DNA of 64,000 nt. Origin: Balanoglossus misakiensis. Taxonomy: Eukaryota; Animalia; Hemichordata. Every line of letters begins with the position of its first letter. Position 1 is the first letter of the stretch. The notes below the pieces were generated by a model. The model worked only from the letters and a program-made list of their open reading frames with translations. It searched no databases and was not told where the DNA came from. The position numbers and the translations under genes are program-made. The stretch spans positions 10,455,895-10,519,894 of the forward strand of contig CM082585.2 of NCBI GenBank assembly GCA_040954595.2, given 5' to 3'. This document shows positions 16,801 to 28,300 of this stretch, in pieces.

Positions 16801-19800
16801 AACAAGTGTACATACACTCCCTACACATTAATTTGATGGCAGCGACAGACGTCACAGCTGTGTGGTGGGTGTTTTTATGCACAGCCCAATCAGTGGGTGC
16901 ACGGTGCTCGGCCGCGTGTCACACGTGGCTGGTCGTTAACAGCTTTCTCTTTTAAATGCCAGAATATCACACCCAGGACAGTTAATCCAATATACAATTT
17001 GCTCTGGAAGAGGGTTTGCAGGATGCTTTGTTTGAAGCTATTATTATGTACCGGCTGTGCGTACAGAGGTTACAATTTGGAGACAGAGGTTATATTTTGA
17101 GATACAACATTGAAATTTAGAAAATAAAGTAAATAGTGTTCTCGTAATTCCGTCTATGTAGTTTTCCGATAATTCACTCTGAATTGATATTTGGTGTTTA
17201 AAGGATAGTGGATGCTCTTAGAAGCTCTCAGTGAAAATTGGTACGTTTCGGCAAAGCACTTAGTGAGAATTGCTGGGTGGTATGATGCAAGATGTAGATT
17301 GACAACAAAGATAGAGTTCCAAAGTGATCCATTTGTATGTAATTTCGAGAGATTCATAATTAAGAGTAAATTCATAATAGTTTTGTGATCGTTAACTGCC
17401 TGCAATGAATTCACAAGAAGATGAAAAAAAACCCTTATGAACAGCTGTATTCCAACAAAGCACTTCATAATCAGTTGATTGTTAAGACATCGATATAACA
17501 ACATTCAGGGAATTTTTTTCTGTGTAGTGATGCGTGGAGGTTGTGTTACCATGGTTACGATGAGATGATCTTTCCAAATGCCCACGAGTGCATACATCTA
17601 AGTCTTTGTTGCATGTTTCTGGCTATCACACGTTTGTACTTGTGGGTTGTTGAAATGACTTTTTCAGAGATAAGGAAAACAGTAATAAAATTGCCGCAAG
17701 TTTACGAGTGAAAAAAAACAGAATTTTTGTAATGCATGTTGATTGAAGTCACACACAAAAAGACAGGAAATTCAATAAGCAGAGTCTGCAGGTATATTTC
17801 TAAGCAAACTCAACAGACCCGTGGGTTATAAAAATAATAGTAAGCACATCTAATGTCTGACTGAAAATTATCCCTGTATTTCTCTTAAACATGTTTTTGG
17901 TTATTTTTACGTAAAAATACAGGTTTGACTGAATTTTGTTCAAAACTAAAAAATTTAAGAGTTAAAGTATGCTAAGATCCACATGCTTTATTGAAAGCCA
18001 TATTGCATCCAAGACTCGTCTTGTATTAAAGCAGATCATTTCTATTCTATATTTATCAGCTCTTAAATTTCAGATGATTGTAGAGGCATCACTTTATGAT
18101 ATATTTATGGTTGACGTATTAGTGATGATAAAATGAAAGCGCTATCTCTGCGTAAACTCCAGTTCACTTTCTTTGTCGGCAGAATCGGGAAAACCGGAGT
18201 AATTTATGTTTTGGGAATCAATACAGGAATGGTCTAAATGAAGACAATATGTTCGTACCACAGGAAAGCCACATTAATTAAAGCTAAATGAAAAATGACT
18301 TCTCCAGAATGACCTCTGAACTCCATGAGATGACAGTGTTATTGAAATGTGGTCTCAAATTGAAGTTTTTTGCAGTAGGGAGTTCACTTTGTAATCCCCA
18401 GATGTGGGGATGTTGAGACTCTTGAAAATGTCTGTGATCCCCGTATAACATGGCATAATTTTCCTGTTATTTGCAGATTTGTCATTAGATATGGGTGTTA
18501 ATCCATTTCTCATGGGTATAGGCATGTCCGCTGGTGATTTCATATTGTGATGTGAGTTTTGGCAGGACTATCAAAACTAGCTATTTTCTCTCGTACTGGA
18601 GGGCACCACCAATCTGTTTCAGTATTTTACAAGGCAAGGACTGATCTGCTTGCTGTAGCCAGAGGCCATGGCCAGTCTCAGTCTGTCGTGATATTCTTGT
18701 GTACTGATTTACCATTCTCCGAAAAATGATGTATGTGTGTTTCAGAGTGAGTTAGGGAAGTCAGACTTATGACTACTTAGGTCTCCCAAATAAGTTACGT
18801 AAGGATTCCTCAAGTTAATGAATAATGTGATGTCTAGGCCCACTAGGTCAGCCATAAAGAAGTTAGACAGGTTTCTATAGTTATTTGAGTCTGTTCCGTT
18901 ATTCATAATTAACTGGTAACCATGGCAAAGAGACTGATGTTTACTTGCCTCCTTATTTCCAAGAGTAATCTGTCGCTTTCGAAGGAGATAACAAAAAGTA
19001 GTCCATTAGCAGTTTGTGGGCAGATAACGGTGCCATTAAACGTCGGCAGGGGATTGTGGGATTTATATTTACTTGACCAAATGAAACTGTAGTTTGAGCA
19101 ACACAGTCTGGTCTCTGTGTTCATTGATTTTCATGCTGTTTCTGGCATGTGATTGCAGATACATACGCATCTTTTTCCACTGGAGATAGTTACACGTGCA
19201 GTTTCTTCAGTTCAAATGGAACGAGCATTAAAACATGATCTACATTTTTTGTACTTGTATGAGAAGTAAGGACAGATTATAACATGCCTGAACTCAGCAA
19301 GAACTGTGTGCGGTGACTTGTGAGTATGTTTTTGGGTCATGAAGACCATTTGGTGATTGTTCTGGTGTCAGAGATACGAGAAAGATTTCCATGCTTTCTG
19401 TGTGATACACATATTGGGAATGCTGCTTTGGTGTGTAGGGTTGATAGTGCTGTTTATTTTACCAGTTGAAGAGTGTGGAGTAGTGATTGACACCCCCACA
19501 AACAAGTCTTATCCCCTCCCTATCTGTTATAGACTGGTTGAACTGTACCTAGGAGTGGCTGGTGTAATCTGCCTGGCTGATAAGTGGGGTAAAAGTCAAA
19601 CATCATAAAAACTCCAGCTCTGGTGTGTGTGTGTGTGTGAATTCTGGAGTTGATGCAGGGATTTGCGGTTGTGTGTGTGGTCGGAGCCACTGCATATTTT
19701 GTGTGCGAGAGTTCCAGGACGGACGTTCAGTTTTTTCCAACTGTTGTGTTCGACTGTATTGTGGAAGTTGGAGCGATCAGAGCAAGTAGAGATGACAGCA

Positions 19801-22800
19801 GCTGTCTTCCAAAAGAGGAATCTCGGAACTGTGGCAAGAGCTGCGCCCATGTGAGTAAAAAAAGCCCTGAAGTGGTATTTAGGTTGATAGGTTGAGGTCA
19901 TCGTAGGGTCATCGTGATTAGCAAAGTGCTCAACGGAGAGTATTTCTCTGGGAAAGTCCCGACAACCAGAATTAACCTCCCACTGTTACTGGTATTACTT
20001 CCAAGAGTCTTGTCTTCTCAGATGAGTCAGTTTAACCACAGTCAGCTGAGCTTGTGGTTTAACGCTAAATGAATGGGAAGTTCATGGTGTGTGTTGTACA
20101 GTATCAAGAATCAGAGTCTTGCACATGCCACATTTCGGCATTGGTTTATTTGCAGGGTGTCAGAATACCAGATTTCACGATTCTCGAAATTTAACTATCT
20201 TGATCATGCTTGCTCATTGATGTAACACGTGAGACATATGTTGGAGTGTATTTTCAGAGAAGGCCAGAAAGTATAAAAAGAAACCAGTGTGTGTATTTGT
20301 GGAAAGACTAAATTAACTCTGGGTCGGCGTGAAACAAAAATAGTTCTCGCGAGGCTTGGTCAATTACCCTAGACAAGTAATACAAGTCTAGTTTTGTATG
20401 AAACGAGAGTAGGTCCAGAGTTTAAGAAAAATGGTAACTTTTGCGCCGTTTAAAATGATGGGCCATGTGTTGTTTATCCTACAAGAGAATGTCGTCCCAT
20501 ATGTGATCTGCATAGCCACAGGAGATCTCACAGGGTCTTGCGGAGTTTGGAAAATGGTCTATTGATAACTTGGCGTGACTTGTGTCAGTTGAAGATTGGT
20601 ATGAATGTCTCTGCGTCAATTTCATGTCTTCACACATAACATTGTATGACATTTTCCAGGGACACGGGATAAATTTTGCATCAGTGGTGGATTACACTGG
20701 CTTAAGGGGAAACTCCACCTACATTGTGTTTTGACATCGTAGGATATAGTGTACATGTACATGCATACATAATTAATGAACTCCATAGAGTGCCACAGCT
20801 ATAAAAAGCATACAGTATTAAAAAAGAATTTCTTGGATGCATCATAATTTTTGCAACAGATCTCCCTGTCCTTAGGTTGAATATGATAATTTTAGAATCG
20901 CAATTTCATCATTTTTGGAAATCTGTAGTGGCAGAAATCAATTCGATTAAGAAAATTACTGAGTACAGAAATAGATATGTTGTATTATTTTACAAGTTGA
21001 AATAACCAAAGATTATTTGCGCAGGATGTTATGCTAATTTAGTTCAGTATTAATGTCAGTGTAGTCAAGCATAAACAAGTAATTTTTCTTTTGATAAATA
21101 TTTATGAACGAGGAATTTGGGTCTTGTAAAATTGATTTCTTGATCTTATAATGTACAGCTCAAAAATAAACTGTTGACCAAATATAATGCATCAGTGTTG
21201 AAATGAAAATGAAAATTTGAGTGAGATTGCGTGAACTCTAGCTCAAAATGAGAGCAGTGTGAATTTACGAGCAGAGACAGAATTGTGTATCACTTTTAGA
21301 TGACAGCGTTGTAAATATTGCTGGTGGCGGTAATGGCAACAATTACTCAGACTGCAAATGCTATCATGGAGTACTTTGCTTATGTGCTATTTCTTTGTCA
21401 TGTGCATTTTTGAACCCTGGAATTTGCCACACTTAAACGTTGGCAACAACATTTACATCAACTGTTAATCGTATACCAGCCAGGTATTTTTATCATGTTT
21501 GTTCCAGTCTAGCAATGTGTTATTTTACGCAGTCAAAAATTATTAAAAATACAAAAGAAATATCGATTTTATGCCAGTTTGTCTCATTGGGATCTCATTT
21601 CAGACTATTGGGTAATTGCCTATTTGTCACTTTCATTAATATTTGTTCTTAAAAAATTAGGTTGCCAATTTTAAATTATGATATTAATTATGCAAAAACT
21701 AATTTGTTCATGTAAGGTATCCTGCTGATTTCAAAGCCTTGTTGTTATTTTATCACAGTGTCGTGCTGCAACAACACATTATTCAGTGAGACTGAAAATA
21801 GTTATTTCTCTGATTTTGCAGATATCAAGCTTAAAAACAATAAATAAAAACAAAGGTGTTCCCATCCTATTTCTTCCATTGGAGAGGCTGTAATTTCAGA
21901 GTGAAGTGCTGAGTCAGCACTTTTCTTGCACTCTATATGCTATTACTCCTTAGACCTGTGGGCATTAGAATTTTACAGCAGACTTTATGGTTTTAATTCC
22001 TTAAATCTGTACTTGTACTTGGTCACTTACCTGTAGTAATATAGGTTTAAGCTTTATGTGAAGCAATTGTTTTTGTTGCTTGGAGTGCTTAGATATAAGT
22101 ATCTGGTTATTACCACATAAAACATAAGAACACCATTAAGATGTTTGGAAAAAATTTGATTAGACATTCCTCCATTGTTGCACATTGTCAAAATAGCCTA
22201 CAGCCGTTTGCAAGAATTCACAAATTGGTTGCCAAGGAAACGAGTTCGGGACCAGCGTTTAGTGCAAATTACCTGCTTTACAATTCTCTGAATGGAGGTA
22301 AACTGAAAAGGTTGCAGTTTCACTAATTTTCATTCTGTGTGTACTACTTGCATTGTTGCTGTTGCTCGGAACGTGACCCGACTCGCAAGCCTGTCGCAGA
22401 AAGCTTCCCCATTCTTGTTCTGTGAACTATTTTGTCAAATATCCAGGAGGAATTTATTCAACGATTTTTAAATTTAATTACAGTTGAGCTGTTTCCCCAA
22501 ACAGAAGGAAGCAAAAGTCGTTTTTTATATGGCCAGCACCCAGAATGCTGAGGACAAGCCTGGAGTTACTGTCAGATATTTCCAGGGCTATAAAATAATT
22601 ACCCAGGTTACAGGCACTGTGTTGCGTTCAGTATTCTTAAAGGAAATCTGCTCGGATTAGAGATATGCCAATGGGTCTCCGAGGAGAGACAGCCAGAATG
22701 AGGTCAAAGGTCAAATCTTGGCAAGCCTGTTTATATAAAAAGTATGCCTCCATGCACTCAAAATCCTCATGCAAATGTGCGTAGGCTTACTTTGTATCGT

Positions 22801-23798
22801 CTGCATTATATAAAACCTGTACTGTAATGAGTATTAAAATCAGAAAATATTGGCGGATTTTCTCAGATATTCTTCACCATTGTAGCGCTTCTGTGATTTT
22901 AATCAAGTTAGGTAATGAATCAGGAAAAAGCAATCACTCATTCACCTTGATTAAGCTTTCATAAAAAAATCATAACATGGCACTATCAATCAGATTGGTC
23001 CTTTATTAATTTGATGGCAATATGGAAATATATCTGTAAAATATTGCCCAGTACCCATTCATAGGATTCCATTGATAGGGTAGTTTATCATACCTCCGTA
23101 ATGAATTCCCATTACTAGCCTGAGGTAAGCTTATAGGATGTAGAAAAAAAGTTATATTGCATTACTGACAAAACTTGCCTGCTTCCTTCCTTGTGAGCAG
23201 CAAGGTTTCTTGCTGAGCAGTCTTATAAGCTAGCCAGGGTACCTGCCAGGGTACTAAATGAATTTTTAGATTGTGAATGCCATTCGGTGATTGGCTGCTG
23301 CTATGTCATTTGCATAATTTATTTCTCTAATTTGTAAAATTTATTGGCATGAATTTTAATATTTGCCATGTACAATCATTTATGATTTTCGCCTGATGTT
23401 TATAAGGTTGATAAATGACATGTTACCAGGTGGCCTGCACAGTGATTGAATCCTTCAATTCAATGTTTAAACTTAATCGTGGTTAACCCATGACCTGATC
23501 AAAAGAAATAAGCTTTGTATTCACCCTGTGCCTTTAAATTTATGGCTACTTTCATTGAATACATGTTTCTTTGCCTGGTCTCTGAAAAATAGTGAGACTG
23601 TAGTCGAGCCAATGACCCATGCGAGCGGAGGACACAGAATCTTGAAAGTGGAAATTGTCTTGTATTTATGGTGGTACATGTATGCCATATTGACTGAGAA
23701 GCTAGATTTCATTGTGCCATGTGCCATATTGGATTCTGCATACGTGGTGTGTCATGTCACAACATAGGGAACTGAGTAATTTTGTTATTGTTATTGTT

Positions 23799-23846
<48 letters not shown>

Positions 23847-24138
23847 AAGATTGGTAATAAAATTTTAAAAAAAATCAATGTTCATTTCTTGCTATGTTTG
23901 TCGATGTTGTAGATAACTGTAAAAAAAACCCAACCATAATCGTGGAAAACACGACCTAGGTCGCCGAATGTCACTACCGTCTTACATACAGGCCTGTATG
24001 TAAGACGGTAGTGACATTCGGCGACCTAGGTCGTGTTTTCCACGATTATGGTTGGGTTTTTTTTACAGTTATCTACAACATCGACAAACATAGCAAGAAA
24101 TGAACATTGATTTTTTAAAAAAATTTATTACCAATCTT

Positions 24139-24185
<47 letters not shown>

Positions 24186-25249
24186 AATTACTCAGTTCCC
24201 TATGGTCACAAAGGGCGCATATCATCACCAGTGTGCCATGTAATCTGAGAGGGCATACCGACCATTAAAACAGTGTATCAATATTAGCTCCAAGGGCACG
24301 CACACAGTATCATCTGCATACATGAAGTACAATCCTTCTTCAGCTGCGTTTAATCCACAAATCATACATCGTACTTCAGAATTCATTTCTGTAACACATT
24401 CCTGTACACCAAGATATTAAATCAAAAGTTAACAAACATTAAACAGGTGCACCTGATGTTGATAACAGCTGCGAGTAGCAAGTCTTCACTTCTGCCATGA
24501 TGTGTTGTGCTCAAGCTTATCCCTGATGGAATAATTTCACCTTTTATTACAAAAGATGTGGGTGAAACATTTTTTTTTATTGAGAGAACCAAGCTCTGGT
24601 CATACAAGCGGGAACCAAGTCTGTAGGATTTGGAGGAGACAAGTTTATAGTTGACGTTTCTTGAATGAATTTAAATCTGCAGAAAAGAAATTTAGCACAC
24701 AGTAATTGGAATTCGTGAAACTTTAGACTTAATTATTTGTCACATTGTAAATCATTTATAATCTGATGGTTGTGTGCTTGTGTATCAACTGATGATAATA
24801 TGATATGTAGTCCTGTAACCTTGGAGTTTGTGTTCTGTATCTTGGTTGTGGCTGTGTTCGACTGCACTGAAGCAGAACAACTGGCCTGCTCCTATTGGCT
24901 GTCGCAGAGTCACACTCTCGCATACATGCTTGACATGAATATTTCATCACTTTGGAAGCGTATAGTGTTCAGTGTTACATTCGCTGTGAGTAGTTATAGC
25001 CTCATTGGTGCGACTGAGAAGATGGAACTGTTCCTTCTTGTTGGTGTGGATCATGATTAAAATGTAAGTCTTGGGAGGTTTTTCTGTGTCTGTCACTGTG
25101 GGGAGGGGCTGGCCAATGGAAAGGCAACCATCTCTTGTAGTTAAAACACATGTTTAATGTTGGAGGTGGCATTGTTGTTTGTTAGCAGTTTCATCGCTGC
25201 CATCATCATATTCGTCATCACCATCTCATCATCATCGTCATCACCATAG

Positions 25250-25298
<49 letters not shown>

Positions 25299-25300
25299 TG

Positions 25301-25357
<57 letters not shown>

Positions 25358-28300
25358 ATTACATTTTTGCTCAGTTTTCAATTGGTTTCATTTGATTTGG
25401 TTGAACAACAAAGGGAGTTCATGATAAATGTCATGCCCATCTAATCTAAAGTGTGTCAATATTTTTGTTATTGCAGAAAATTTGATTTGCAGTATTGTTG
25501 GGAAAATATTTATCACAAACAGTATGTGCAAATTATCAACCTGGTCAATGGGGAGAATAGCTGTTTGATTACATTTTACTGCCCTATGGCTCTACGTGTA
25601 CGTGTTTTCATTTTCATGTCAGACAGTCTCTGTCAAAGCTTTGGTTCAGTTGATAATAACATGTCCTCATTACTGTGAGGACTGCATTGTTGACATTAGC
25701 CCTGTCAAGAAATCACTCTTTTTCCCCCGTCTGCAGTTCTTGTGAAATCTCTCAGTGCCTGCCTGACCCCATTATACGTATCTGAGGTCAGCCCATTAGT
25801 ATAGGGTTCTAGGCTGTGGCTTATGCGATATCCTCATTGAGTGTGATTAGAAAATGCCAGAATATGACCAAGCATGATGATGTGACCTTATGACATTAAA
25901 TATTCAACACTCTCTTCATGTTTTGCTTGTTGCATAGATTCATGAAGAGTGGGTCGGAGGTTTGAATATATACTAAGTTTGTGCATTAAACAGACGATGG
26001 CATTTTCATCCAGTTGTCCCACTTTGGGCAGGTTTTTGTGAAATTTGATTTGGTTGGTAGCCAGAATAAACTTTAAACAGAAAGTGGGACACCTTTGTTT
26101 ACATGTTTAGGAATACGTAGCCCCTGGACTGAAAAATATGGCAATTATTTAAACATTAAAAGCTACAAATAGAAGGTATGGTGACATACTTTTGAGAATT
26201 CCTAATTTTAGTTCCACATTGTTTGTGAATATTGTGTACGTATAAATTGCTGACGTCAGATATGTTGAAAACCGAAATGTACATGTACTGCAAAATGATT
26301 ATTCTGTATTCAAATCAATGATGTCAACTTTCCCAAGTTTACCAGTGAATCTGCATGATTACTCTCTTGTTTTTTCACATAATACTTGTCTGGGATTTTT
26401 GAAATTTAATGATACTATTATTGGATTGATTTTGTAGTAAGCATGCAATGCACATCTGTATTCTGTTGTATTTTTGGACTCTCACATTGGCTCTTAAGAC
26501 ACCATTTTAAAGTCTGAGGTCAAAGGGCAGAGGTCAGTTGTCATGATTTCAGTCAGTTCAGTGATGAGAAATTGCTGGTCTGTTATTTAACATTCCGTGA
26601 AATATAGAGCTTAAAGTTTTCAAGGGTAATAGCATCAGCAATAACCTTATAATATCAAAAAGAACCCCACTTAGATTTCCGGACATGAAAATAACTCAGT
26701 CAGCCCGAGTGGAATATCAACGCAAACACCCGCACACAAAGAAATCAATATTTTTATGTCCATTTGCTTGCAAAGGAGATATAAATTCACAAACCTGTAT
26801 TGATTTCAATAAGGTGAGATGAATTTTAAGAAGTCAGCAGAGAATAGCAAGGGGGAAAAAATCAATATAATTACAGCGATATATGAAAAATCCATCTGTT
26901 TTCTGACCTTTCTGGGACACAATGGGGGTGATTACCTCGACTGTCAGAGATGGTTGGAAAGAAACAAAGATTCGGAGGTGACAATTTCAGAGCGCTACTT
27001 TCATGCAAATTTTGGGACGTTCAATTTGACGGTGAATACGACAAGGTTGGTCTGTCATCTTGATGCTTGAGATGGATTCTTCGAATTCACGGATCATGAA
27101 TGCATTTAGTGTTTTGGCAGCTGAATTGAAAATCCCAAGATATACAGGATGTGTTTTACTCTTTGTGGATCGTAACTACAGAATAAATTTTGATGGTGTT
27201 TCAGTTTGGATAGAGGTAGCCTAGCAACAAGAAACAAACATTTAATTAAGTGATGGCATCGATATTAAATTCAGGTCATTTTAAGCTTCGGATTGTTGAC
27301 TCAAATAATTACACATTTTCAAAGCCAAAAATTGCTTTTTTACTGTTATTAAATGAAAGAGGGGTTCTTATAGTGAATCTTATTGAGATGTCATTAGTTT
27401 GAGATGTCAAACTTTATGATCTTATAAGAACTGAATGATATGAAGCAAACAAACCTGCAAGATCTTTAAAGTAGAGAAAACAGGTTGTAAAATTTTGATG
27501 TTGCGTTTTTGAAAGAGTATACTTCTCAGCAATACTTGACCATAAACTTACCGTAACTGCTGTGAAGTATTGCTGAAGTGGTAGTGACTGTAATGGCAAC
27601 CCAGCAAGTGAAAATGTTTATGTTCTGATGGTGAAAGCAAGTCATTTGTCTTGTCAGACTGCATGTAGGGTTGCTGTTATTAATACTGCTGTGAATATAA
27701 GGAATCTGCTCTTTGATATTCCGCCAATGTTTCATTCTCTAACTTCGTTTACTCGCTCCATTTCAGTTTCGGGTGAAATACAAATCTAATTGTGGACAAG
27801 TGTGACAACATAGTGAATGAATGGCAAGTGACAATTTGCCTATCTGTGACAAGAATTCCAAATGTTGTGTTGCTGACTGTACAAATTATTTCATGTTAAA
27901 ATTAATCCTATTACTACTTTGTGACAACAAGCTAGCAATCCTTGTGCCCACCAACCCAGCCAGCCTGTTTCAACCAACCATACCCATCCATAATCTGTCT
28001 GTTCATCCATCCATCAACCCACCAAAGCCAAAATCCCACCCAACCTACCCACCCACCCACCCACCCATCCATCCATCCATCATCCATCCAACCACAACAC
28101 ACAAACCCATCCATTCACTCATGATGTCTTTATCCATATGGCATATACATGTAGTACAACCCAACAGCCATCAATATTAGCCAATTGAACTAACCATAAA
28201 TCTTGTATCCAAATTGCTTGCAGCACCAACATACAATGTATGTCTCGTTTCTCAGAAAAATAGAAAATGGAAATCACTGCTTTTGGGTGAACGGAAATTA

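Noticed and set aside
25179-25424. Poly-histidine ORF
   Set aside because: Translation of an intronic (CAT)n microsatellite, with no true ATG or splice support.
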